64,000 nucleotides of DNA. Origin: Planctomycetota bacterium. GTDB lineage: Bacteria > Planctomycetota > PLA2 > JAEUHO01. The stretch is from assembly GCA_965223505.1 (NCBI GenBank), contig CBDCWP010000011.1, positions 1-64,000 of the forward strand, written 5' to 3'. Positions 1 through 8,560 of the stretch are shown piece by piece. The notes beneath the pieces are model-generated. The model ran no database searches. It saw nothing but the letters and a program-made list of their open reading frames with translations, and had not been told where the DNA came from. The position numbers and the translations under genes are program-made. The first letter of the stretch is position 1. The number at the start of each line of letters is the position of its first letter.

Positions 1-54
1 GCACCGCGACGCAAGACGCAGTGACGGCGAGGAACGCGTGGCGTTCGGGCCCAT
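1..54 (-). CDS. possible 5' end of a gene running off the left edge (MGPNATRSSPSLRLASRC...)
   Basis: ATG at 54 on the minus strand preceded by a G-rich SD-like tract; divergent from the gene at 195; too short to identify. Confidence 0.3.
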   Translation of the reverse strand, partial: MGPNATRSSPSLRLASRC

Positions 55-194
55 TGGACACCCCCCGGGATCGTGACCGGCTGCCGGACTGCCTGCCACG
101 CCCGATCCTAGCAACGATTGCAGTTGCGTCTCGGCACGTGGAATTCGTCTCGTGACCGAGCCCTGGGGCTACCGCCGCGCGACTACAATCCGGT

Positions 195-1085
195 ATGTCC
201 TTGGACGGTTCCCAATCGCCCGCGGTCCAATCGGGGAAGGTCCTCGTCTACGACGGCGACTGCCCCATGTGCGAGTCGTTGTCCCGCACCTTCGTCCGGC
301 TGGGTTGGGTGCCGGAGGAACGGCGAGAGCCGTTCCAGCTCTTCGAGGGCGACACGGCCGCGGCGCTGCGCGACGCCGGCATCCACAACGAGATCGCCGT
401 CCGTGATGCCGCGTCGGGCGAGATCCGCACAGGCGCGCGCGGCATCCTGTGGCTCTGGCGCGACACGTGGTTTCGGTGGGGGGCGGCGCTGCTGTCCGTG
501 CCGCCCTTCGTCTGGCTGCTGACGTTCTTCTACCGATTGACCGCGTACAACCGCCGCGCGATCGCGCCGCCGCGGCCGATGGGGATTGCGTGCGACTGCG
601 ATCCCGACGACCACGCCGGCTATCAGCTGGCGTTCGTGGTGTTGACGGGGGCGTTTGCTCTGGTCGTCGCGCAGTGGTTCGCGTTGCGATCGGTCGCGAT
701 CCGAGGACCGAACGCGTACCCGGCGGGCATCTGGCTGACCGTCGGCTTCGGGCTTTGCTGGTTGCCGCCCGTCGTGCACGCACTGCTGGCCGGCGCGCCC
801 CGGCTGCGCGCGCTCACGCACGCAGCGTGGGTGCTCGCGTGCGCCGCCGTGTTCCTACTGCCGGCGATCGGGTACTCGTACATCACGGACGCAGGCGTGC
901 GGTTCGTCGCCTGGATCTGCAGTACGGTGGCGTTGGCGTGGCCGCGGTTCGTCTACGCGGCGCGCAATGAGAAGCTCGGCGTATCGTTCGCGTGGCGCTG
1001 GTGGTGGAACGCGTTGTTGGTCGCCGGCATCGCGGTGTACCTGACGGCGTCCATCCTCGCCGGCGTCGACTTCACGACGTCATGA
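195..1085 (+). CDS. DCC1-like (DUF393) thiol-disulfide oxidoreductase domain fused to a multi-pass membrane domain
   Basis: N-terminal VLVYDGDCPMC (DxxCxxC) and FYRLTAYNR motifs typical of DUF393; several hydrophobic segments in the C-terminal half. Confidence 0.8.
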   Translation: MSLDGSQSPAVQSGKVLVYDGDCPMCESLSRTFVRLGWVPEERREPFQLFEGDTAAALRDAGIHNEIAVRDAASGEIRTGARGILWLWRDTWFRWGAALLSVPPFVWLLTFFYRLTAYNRRAIAPPRPMGIACDCDPDDHAGYQLAFVVLTGAFALVVAQWFALRSVAIRGPNAYPAGIWLTVGFGLCWLPPVVHALLAGAPRLRALTHAAWVLACAAVFLLPAIGYSYITDAGVRFVAWICSTVALAWPRFVYAARNEKLGVSFAWRWWWNALLVAGIAVYLTASILAGVDFTTS

Positions 1086-1763
1086 CGGCGGAGGGGCAGG
1101 CTCGTCGCTGCCGTACGCTTCGCGGTACACCTGCTTCAGATCGGGCCACACCTTCGGCGCGATGACGACGACCGCGATCGCCCAGATCACGGACGGCGTC
1201 CAGCCGTACAACGCGTTCGCCGCCACGGGCATGCACAACGTCGCGACCGCGCTCGATGGCGCCTCGTCCTTCACGCCGAGCCACACCCAGAAGCCGACGA
1301 GTCCGATGCCCAGGACGCCCAGCCAGATCGGCACGAGCCAGGGCATGCAGGCGAGCGCGCTGCCGGCCAACGACGCGAACCCTTTGCCGCCGGTCAGCTT
1401 CCTCGCGCGCAGGGAGAGCCAGACGTTGTAGTTGTGTCCCGCCAACGCGCCCAAGAGCCCCAGGCCGTTGGTCCACCACTGCCAGGCGAGGTCGCCCTCG
1501 CCGCCGATCGCGCGCGTCGTCAGCACCGCCGCGGCGCCCTTCGCCGCGTCCAGCAGCACGACGGCGGCGCCGAGCCACTTCGACTTCGACACGCGGAACG
1601 CATTGAGCGCGCCGACGTTGCCGGATCCCTCCTGGCTGACGTCCTTGCGATGGAACAGGCGGACCGCGACGTACGCCATCGGGATCGAACCGATCAGGTA
1701 TCCGACGAGGAGGAGCACGGCCCACATGCACGCCAATGCTAGCCCGGAGCTCCCGATCTCCAC
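1080..1763 (-). CDS. plsY: glycerol-3-phosphate acyltransferase PlsY
   Basis: Motifs GYLIGSIP, GSGNVGALNAFR, DAAKG, GHNY, GGKGFA. Confidence 0.9.
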   Translation of the reverse strand: MEIGSSGLALACMWAVLLLVGYLIGSIPMAYVAVRLFHRKDVSQEGSGNVGALNAFRVSKSKWLGAAVVLLDAAKGAAAVLTTRAIGGEGDLAWQWWTNGLGLLGALAGHNYNVWLSLRARKLTGGKGFASLAGSALACMPWLVPIWLGVLGIGLVGFWVWLGVKDEAPSSAVATLCMPVAANALYGWTPSVIWAIAVVVIAPKVWPDLKQVYREAYGSDEPAPPPS

Positions 1764-1803
1764 GCAGTCCCCGCCCGCGGTCCGATCGAATCGAGGGGCG
1801 TCG

Positions 1804-2892
1804 TCAGGGAGGCGTCACGTCGGTGAACGCGACGATGCGATGCGCGACCTCGTCGGCCCGCTCCTGGTGCGGGGAGTGCTTGCTGTCGGGCACCTCCCAG
1901 AGAACGGCGCCGGGGATCTGTTTTTGCAGCTTGCGTCCCATCGCGACCGGAAGCGTCTCGTCCAACCGGCCCCATACGATCAGACAGGGCACGTCGACGT
2001 TGGCGTAATGGGCCTCCTGCTCGCGGATCGCCGGCCAGATGGGCTCGAAGCAGTCGTTGGTCGGGCGGAATCGAACCAGCATCGCTTGGGTCGCCCGCCG
2101 GGCGGCGCGGTTGCCGAGGATGCAGATGATGCGGTCCGCCTCCGCCTGCAACGCCCGCTCTCGCGGTCGCACGACCGCCTCGTACACACCGCTCTCGACC
2201 TTGTGTCGCAGGATGCCCAACGCGCTCGACAAGCGGATCTGCCAGTCCGCGATCTCCGCGACCTCCTGGAACATCGGGTTGATCTCCTCGACCGCGACGT
2301 CGGCCGGCGCGATCAAGACGATGCGCGCGATGCGCTCCCGCACGTCGGCGAACTCCTCGCGCAGCGCCGGATCCCCGAGCATGCGCAGCACGACGGTCGC
2401 GCCGAGGGAGTGCGCAACGAACACGATCTTGCGGTCGTCGCCGCGCTTCGCCGACCAACCGCGCAACGCCAGCAGGTTGTGCCGCGCCAACCAGGTCGGC
2501 GAGTAGCCGTCCGGGCCGAGCGTGGCGGGGTCCGGCGCGGAGCTTCCTCCGCAGCCCGGCGGATCGACGAGCAGCAGGTCGTGCGTACGGCCGAGCGGGC
2601 CGGCGAGGAAGCGCCACGTCGAGCGGTCGGCGAGAATGCCGGACAAGCAGACGATCAGCGTGTCCGAGGGGCCGTTCGCCGTGTGCAGAAACTCGCCGGC
2701 GACGGTGACCGGCGGTTCGCCGGGCAAGCGATTCGTGACGGTGTCCCGCTCCGCGCGAAGCAGCGAGCGTTCCGCGAGCCGCTGTGCGAATGGCGCCGTG
2801 ACCCGTTCGTCGTTCAGGCGCGGCGTCGAGCACGCCGCAAGCAGGAGGATCGCAGCCGCGGCGGTCGCGAGAGACGTCGGGCGGCTGCACAT
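1804..2892 (-). CDS. alpha/beta-fold hydrolase, predicted lipoprotein
   Basis: Start re-assigned to ATG 2892; lipobox LAAC; DPPGCGGS, nucleophile elbow AHSLG, WGRLD, catalytic His in SKHSPH. Confidence 0.85.
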   Translation of the reverse strand: MCSRPTSLATAAAAILLLAACSTPRLNDERVTAPFAQRLAERSLLRAERDTVTNRLPGEPPVTVAGEFLHTANGPSDTLIVCLSGILADRSTWRFLAGPLGRTHDLLLVDPPGCGGSSAPDPATLGPDGYSPTWLARHNLLALRGWSAKRGDDRKIVFVAHSLGATVVLRMLGDPALREEFADVRERIARIVLIAPADVAVEEINPMFQEVAEIADWQIRLSSALGILRHKVESGVYEAVVRPRERALQAEADRIICILGNRAARRATQAMLVRFRPTNDCFEPIWPAIREQEAHYANVDVPCLIVWGRLDETLPVAMGRKLQKQIPGAVLWEVPDSKHSPHQERADEVAHRIVAFTDVTPP

Positions 2893-2903
2893 GGCCGCAG
2901 ATG

Positions 2904-4925
2904 TTAGCGCTTCAGCGCGTCCACTGCTGCGAGCAGCTCTTCGCCGGCGCGCAGGTCGCCGAGCTTGCCGTCGTCCCCTTCGATCAGCCGCCGCAGGGAC
3001 TCGAGTTGCAGCTTGACGACGACGGCTTCCTCGGCGCCGGCCGCGCGCGCCTCGGCGAGCGTGCGGAACGCCGCGGTGTCGAAGCCGCCGGAGAGCAGGA
3101 CCTGCGCGCGCAGATAGGCGCGGATCCCCGCGGTCTGCATGGAGGCCTTGTCGGCGAGCGTCGTCTCGACCTCGGCGAGCCGCTCGTTGAGCGCCTCTGC
3201 CGCGCGCACCGTGAAGGCGGCGGTGACCGCGTCCCCGCCGTCGGCCGACTCGAAGCTCCACGTCACGCTCTCGCCGGGCCGCGCGCCGTCACGCACCGTC
3301 GCGGGAATCGTCAGCACGTTCTCAGCGTCTTCGGGCGCGAACGGGATGCGCCCGAGCTCGCGCTCGCCCGACCGGAACATGATGTGGCCCTCGACCAGGT
3401 CCGACGCATCGACGCGGCACAGATCGAGGTCTTCCGCACGCACGTTCCCGCGGGGATACAGGAGCGCGACCTGCGGCGCGTCGGCGCTGCCGCGGTGCCG
3501 GTCCAGCTTGGCAAGCCGCACCGCACCGAACCCGTGCGCCTTCGCGAATCGCTCGAGCGCCTGCTCGTCCCCGTTGTCGGCGACGATCAGCGCGTACTCC
3601 TTCTCGATGTCCGCGCCGGCCTTCGCTTCGAACGCCACCGTGCGATCGCGGAAGCCCTCGGCGCGCATGGCCACGCGCACCGTGCCGGGCGCCATGCTGA
3701 CGCTCAAGGGCGTCGGCTGCCATTCGCCGTCGTTGATCGAGACCTCACCCGACGGCAGCGTGGCGAGCTTGATTCGCGCGTCGGCGGGCGGCTTCGTCGC
3801 GAAGAAGATCACAGCGCCGACGGCGATGAGCACGGAGGCGGCCAGGGCGATCGGGTGGTCCGTCAGCGTTCGCAGACCGCGGCGCGCGCGCGAGACGGGA
3901 CGGCCGGCGACCTTCTCGCCCCTGGCGAATTTGCGTAGATCCGCTGCCAGGTCCGCCGCAGTCGCGTAGCGGTCTTCGGGGCGTTTCTCCAGGCACTTGA
4001 GGATGATGCGCTCGAGATCGGGCGGCGTGGTCTGGTTGAGCTGGCGCGGGGCCCTCGGCCGCTCCCTGATCACCATGCCCATCAACGTGCTCAGGTCCGC
4101 CGCCTCGAACGGAGGCTTCGCGCTCGCCAGCTCGTACAGCGTCGCGCCGAGTCCGTAGACGTCGGTGCGCCCGTCCATGCTGCGGCCGTCGCCCTTCATC
4201 TGCTCGGGGCTCATGTAGAGCGGCGTCCCCAGAGCGTCACCCGTGCGCGTCATCTTCGCGCTCTGTGCACTACGCGCGAGGCCGAAGTCCGCCAGCACCG
4301 CGCGCCCGTTCGGCTCGATCATGATGTTCGACGGCTTGACGTCGCGGTGGACGATCTCCCGCTCGTGCAGCGCGTGCAACGCGTCGGCGATGTCCGCCAT
4401 GGCCGCGGCCATCGTCTTGGGATCCATGGTCCGGCCTTCGCGGACCTGCGTCGAGAGCGGCTCGCCGTCGAGGAGCGTCATCGCGTAGTAGGGGCGGTCG
4501 TCGACCTCTCCCGCCTCGTAGATGTCGACGATGTGATCGTGGCGCACCTGGGCGCACGCCCGCGCCTCGCGCCGGAAGCGCTCGCGGGCATTGTCGTTCT
4601 CGTCGAAGCCGGCGCGGAGCACCTTCAGGGCGACGTCGCGCCCCAGGCCCTCGTGGCGCGCCTTGTAGACGATGCCGACCGCGCCGCGGCCGAGCTCCGC
4701 GAGAAGGGTGTACGCTCCGAACGCCTTCGGGAACTCGTCGTCCGGGATCTCCGGCTCCATCGCCTTGTCGAGCGCTTCCTCGGCCTTGAGCAGCTCCTCG
4801 AACTCCGTGAAACCGGCGCCCAGCACCTCGCGGTACTGATCGGGATGCGTGTCGACCCCTGTTCGCCTGCGGCGGTCGTAGTCCTCGAGACACTCACCCA
4901 GAATGCGGTCGTGTTCGTTCATCAC
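2904..4925 (-). CDS. Hanks-type Ser/Thr protein kinase with TM helix and extracytoplasmic PEGA-like domain
   Basis: LGRGAVG, VALK, HRDVKPSN, DFG, GTPLYMSPE, DVYGLG; TM segment IALAASVLIAVGAVIFF. Confidence 0.95.
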   Translation of the reverse strand: MMNEHDRILGECLEDYDRRRRTGVDTHPDQYREVLGAGFTEFEELLKAEEALDKAMEPEIPDDEFPKAFGAYTLLAELGRGAVGIVYKARHEGLGRDVALKVLRAGFDENDNARERFRREARACAQVRHDHIVDIYEAGEVDDRPYYAMTLLDGEPLSTQVREGRTMDPKTMAAAMADIADALHALHEREIVHRDVKPSNIMIEPNGRAVLADFGLARSAQSAKMTRTGDALGTPLYMSPEQMKGDGRSMDGRTDVYGLGATLYELASAKPPFEAADLSTLMGMVIRERPRAPRQLNQTTPPDLERIILKCLEKRPEDRYATAADLAADLRKFARGEKVAGRPVSRARRGLRTLTDHPIALAASVLIAVGAVIFFATKPPADARIKLATLPSGEVSINDGEWQPTPLSVSMAPGTVRVAMRAEGFRDRTVAFEAKAGADIEKEYALIVADNGDEQALERFAKAHGFGAVRLAKLDRHRGSADAPQVALLYPRGNVRAEDLDLCRVDASDLVEGHIMFRSGERELGRIPFAPEDAENVLTIPATVRDGARPGESVTWSFESADGGDAVTAAFTVRAAEALNERLAEVETTLADKASMQTAGIRAYLRAQVLLSGGFDTAAFRTLAEARAAGAEEAVVVKLQLESLRRLIEGDDGKLGDLRAGEELLAAVDALKR

Positions 4926-5524
4926 CCCTCAGAGCGGAATCCGTCGTCCGATGTTGCGGCGTTTCTTTCCAAAGCCCTGATTTCTGCCCCGAGCGCCTTG
5001 AGCGCGCGACAGTACAGGGTTCGAACGGCGTTCTCGGATCGTTCCATCAGGGCGGCGACTTCCTTCACCTCCTGGTGCTCGATCCGGCGCAGCTGGATGA
5101 CGCGCCGGTAGTCCTCCGGCAGCGTCGAGATCGCCTGCTTGACCCGGCGGGCCTGCTCGGTGCGGGCGGCGGCCATCGACGGCGTAGTCTGCGAGAACGA
5201 GCGCCGGATGGTGGGCGGGCGCTGGCGCTTCTTCGCCGCGTGGTAGTCGACCTCGTCCCGGATGTGGTTCTCCGCGACCTTGAAGACCCACCCGAAGAAC
5301 ACCCGCTCGCCCTGCCCGCTGAACGCCGGAAGGGCCTTGTGGAGCTTCAGTAGCACCTCCTGGGCGATGTCCTCCGGCTCGACCTTGGTCTTGAGGTCGT
5401 ACGACATCCGCGTGGCGGCCCAGATCACCAGCCGCCGCCGGAGCCGCTCGAGCAGCTCGCCCTGGGCGATCTCGTCCCCCTTCAGGGCCTCGCCCAGGAG
5501 GTGCATGGTGCGGTTCGGGTCCAA
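4922..5524 (-). CDS. ECF-family RNA polymerase sigma-70 factor, coupled to the downstream kinase
   Basis: Region 2 (EDIAQEV...FFGWVFKVAENHIRD) and region 4 (LPEDYRRVIQLR...EVAALM...AVRTLYCRALKAL); GTGA overlap with the kinase; TTG start at 5524. Confidence 0.92.
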   Translation of the reverse strand: MDPNRTMHLLGEALKGDEIAQGELLERLRRRLVIWAATRMSYDLKTKVEPEDIAQEVLLKLHKALPAFSGQGERVFFGWVFKVAENHIRDEVDYHAAKKRQRPPTIRRSFSQTTPSMAAARTEQARRVKQAISTLPEDYRRVIQLRRIEHQEVKEVAALMERSENAVRTLYCRALKALGAEIRALERNAATSDDGFRSEG

Positions 5525-5606
5525 GGGGCGTGATCTTAGCCCGGTGGCGGTGCGAGTCGCGTCTCACGACCGGGTTCAAGACCGCCTACAATTCGGCCGC
5601 CCGCCC

Positions 5607-7667
5607 ATGCGCTTCCTCGTCCTCCTGCTCGCAGCCGCGTCGGTCCTGCTCGCCGCGCCCGCCGTCCGGGCCGAGGACCGAGCGTCCGCCGAGCTCGAGC
5701 ACCTCGAGGTCGAGCTGATCGCGGCGAGCACCCACGTCGAGCCGGGGAAGCCGCTGCGCGTGGGACTGAAGATCGAGACCGACGACGAGTGGCACGTCTA
5801 TTGGCAGAATCCCGGCGACTCGGGCGACCCGCTGGACATGGCGTGGGAGCTGCCCGCCGGCTTCACGGCCGGGCCGATCCTGTGGCCGGCGCCTTCGCGG
5901 TTCCTCTACGGGCCGATTGCGAACTACGGGTACGAGGGCGACGTGCTTCTGCCCGTGACGATCACGGTGCCGGAGACCATCGACGGCGACACGGTGACGA
6001 TTCGCGGCGACTTCTACGCGCTGGTTTGCCAGGAGGAATGCGTCCCCGTCGAGGCGACGCTGGCCTTGACGCTGCCGGTGGGGCAGGCGCGACCGGACGC
6101 GCGCTGGACCGCCGCGTTCGCCGCGGCCGACCGTGCGCAGCCGCGCGACCTGGAGGGCGACGTGAGCGTGCGGCGCGAGGACGGCGCGCTGGTGCTTCAG
6201 GCCGACGCGGCGCGCTTCGGCGGCGACGCGCTCTTCTTCCCGTACGAGGAGGCGATCGAAGGGGCGGCGCAGCAGAAGGCGACGCGCAGCGGCGAGCGCC
6301 TGACGCTTCGGCTCGAGGAAGCGAGCGGATTGGACCGCGCACCGGATCGGCTCCGAGGCGTGCTTGTCATCCAGGCGGCGGACGGGCCGGTTGCGTTCCG
6401 CGTCGACGCGCCGGTCGACGGCGCCGCGCCGGCCCCGGCGGAGCCGGAGGGCTCCATCTGGCAGGCGCTGCTGCTCGCGCTCGTCGGTGGGCTGATCCTG
6501 AACGTCATGCCGTGCGTGCTTCCGGTGCTCTCGATCAAGATCCTCGGCTTCGTCCAGAACGCGCAGGACGAGCCGGCGCGCGTACGGCGTCACGGGTACG
6601 CCTTCGGCATCGGCGTGCTCGCGTCGTTCCTCGTGCTCGGCGGGTTGCTGCAGGCGTTTCGCTTCGCGGGCGAAGGGCTCGGTTGGGGATTCCAACTGCA
6701 GGATCCGATCTTCGTCGCGTGCATGACCGTGTTGCTGATGCTCATCGGCCTCAACCTCGTCGGCGTGTTCGAGTTCGGCGCCGGGTTGATGAACGTGGCC
6801 GGCAAGGCCGCCGGGAAGATCGAGAGCAAGGGCTACACGGGGTCGTTCTGGAGCGGCGTGCTTGCGACCGTCATCGCGACGCCGTGTACGGCGCCGGGCA
6901 TGGGCTATGCGCTCGGCTACGCGCTCACCGTGCCGGTCGTTCCGTCGATGCTCGTGATCTCGATGGTGGGTGTCGGCATGGCGCTGCCGTATGTCGTGTT
7001 GTCCATCTTTCCCCGCTGGCTCTCGAAGGTGCCGAAGCCGGGGCCGTGGATGGACACGTTCAAACGCGTGATGGCGTTCCCCATCTTCGCGACGGCCATC
7101 TGGCTTGCGTGGGTGTTCGGCCGGCAGGTCGGCGTGAACGGGATGTCGGCGCTCCTCGCCGGTCTGTTGTTCGTCGCGATGGGGTGTTGGATCTTCGGTC
7201 ACTTCGGCGCCGTCACGCGCCGGCCTCGCGTGCGCTACGTCGTCGGGTACGGGCTCGCGCTCGTGTTCGTCGTCGTCGGCGTCGCAGTGCCGATCTGGGC
7301 CGCGTCGCGCACGGTCGTCGAGTGGGAGCCGTACAGCGAAGCGCGCATCGCCGCGCATCGCGCGGCGGGGCGGCCGGTGCTGCTGGACTTCACCGCCGAC
7401 TGGTGAGCGACCTGCCTCTACAACGAGTTCCAGGTCCTGGAGTCGAAGACAGTGCTGGAGGCCGTTCGGGAGCACGACGTGGCGCTCGTGAAGGCCGACT
7501 GGACCAAGCGCGACGCCGCCATCACCAGGGCGCTGGCCGCGTTCGGCCGCAGCAGCGTGCCCCTCTACGTGGTCTACAGCCCGGATCCGGGCCGCGAGCC
7601 GGAGGTGCTCCCGATCGTGATCACCGAAGGCATGGTCGTGGACGCGATCCGGCGCGCCGCCCGGTAG
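5607..7667 (+). CDS. dsbD: thiol:disulfide interchange protein DsbD (alpha-beta-gamma), predicted selenoprotein with Sec at TGA 7404-7406
   Basis: Signal peptide; alpha domain WHVYWQNPGDSG...CQEEC; TM domain MPCVLP and TPCTAP; thioredoxin domain LDFTADW-TGA-ATC continues in the same frame (KADWT, GRSSVPLYVVY) to TAG 7665-7667. Confidence 0.9.
7424..7445 (+). promoter_or_regulatory. candidate bacterial SECIS hairpin
   Basis: CGA-G-TTCCAG-GTC-CTGGAG-TCG stem-loop starting 17 nt after the in-frame TGA, with G at the start of the apical loop. Confidence 0.75.
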
Positions 7668-7767
7668 ACGAAGGGCCTAGTCGAAGGTCCCGCCGGCCTG
7701 GGCGCCGCAGCGTCCGGATCACTACACTCCGGGTTCAAGCAAGCCGTACGCAAAGAGGAGATCCCGC

Positions 7768-8472
7768 ATGACGACTCGCACGTTTTGGCTGTTGGCCCTT
7801 CCGCTCCTGATGGCCGGGCTCGTTTTCACGGCCGGCGCCGCGACCGCCGAGGACACGCCGGCGGGCGAGAAGCCGAAGGCCGACGAGAAGAAGGAGGAGG
7901 CGAAGAAGGCCGCCGACTTCGAGCTCAAGGACTACAACGACAAGACCCACAAGCTGTCCGACTACACGAAGCAGAAGAAGTGGGTCATCCTCGAGTGGGT
8001 GAACCACGGCTGTCCGTTCGTGAAGAAGCACTACGACGCGAGCCACAAGCACATGCAGGGCTTGCAGAAGAAGTACTGCGAGAAGGACGTGATCTGGTTG
8101 TCGATCTGCTCGACGAACCCCGACCACAAGGACTACCTCACGAAGGAGCAGTGGAAGGCCAAGGACAAGGAGCTCGGCGGCGCCGGCACGGCCGTGTTGA
8201 TGGACGCCGACGGGAAGGTGGGGCGGCTGTACGGTGCGCGTACGACGCCGGAGATCTTCGTGATCAACCCCAAGGGCGAGATCGTCTACCACGGCGCGAT
8301 CGACGACAAGCGCCGCCCGCGTCCGGTCGACATCGTGCTCGAGGCGAAGAACTACCTCGAGGAGGTGATGGACGCGGTGTTGGCTGGCAAGCCGTCGCCG
8401 CACAAGACGACCAAGCCGTACGGGTGCTCGGTCAAGTACGCGAAGAAGCCCGCGGCGGACACGGATTCGTAG
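7768..8472 (+). CDS. exported redoxin (AhpC/TSA, thioredoxin-fold) protein
   Basis: Signal peptide; DFELKD, LEWVNHGCPFV, YGARTTPE, YHGAIDD, PYGCSVKY; SD GAGGAG. Confidence 0.9.
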   Translation: MTTRTFWLLALPLLMAGLVFTAGAATAEDTPAGEKPKADEKKEEAKKAADFELKDYNDKTHKLSDYTKQKKWVILEWVNHGCPFVKKHYDASHKHMQGLQKKYCEKDVIWLSICSTNPDHKDYLTKEQWKAKDKELGGAGTAVLMDADGKVGRLYGARTTPEIFVINPKGEIVYHGAIDDKRRPRPVDIVLEAKNYLEEVMDAVLAGKPSPHKTTKPYGCSVKYAKKPAADTDS

Positions 8473-8513
8473 CGACCGGGGGCGAACGCCGGGGACACCG
8501 CCGACGACGGCCG

Positions 8514-8560
8514 GCCGCGTGGGGTGTGCACGCGGCGGGCGGGGCCTCGCCCCGCCCCTA
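8514..8560. terminator. two GC-rich hairpins between convergent genes; the second is REP-like
   Basis: GCCGCGTG/CACGCGGC (8514-8536) and GGGCGGGGC-CTC-GCCCCGCCC (8537-8557); no U-tract. Confidence 0.45.

Noticed and set aside
7404..7406. Genome-wide UGA reassignment (genetic code 4 or 25)
   Set aside because: Nine other genes end at TGA at sensible positions and Trp is encoded by TGG; no other internal TGA was needed to complete a gene
5262..7667. dsbD as a nonsense pseudogene or as two genes (5262-7406 and 7452-7667)
   Set aside because: The stop falls exactly on the catalytic Cys codon, the frame is continuous, all other motifs are intact and a SECIS-like hairpin follows; Sec recoding explains this better
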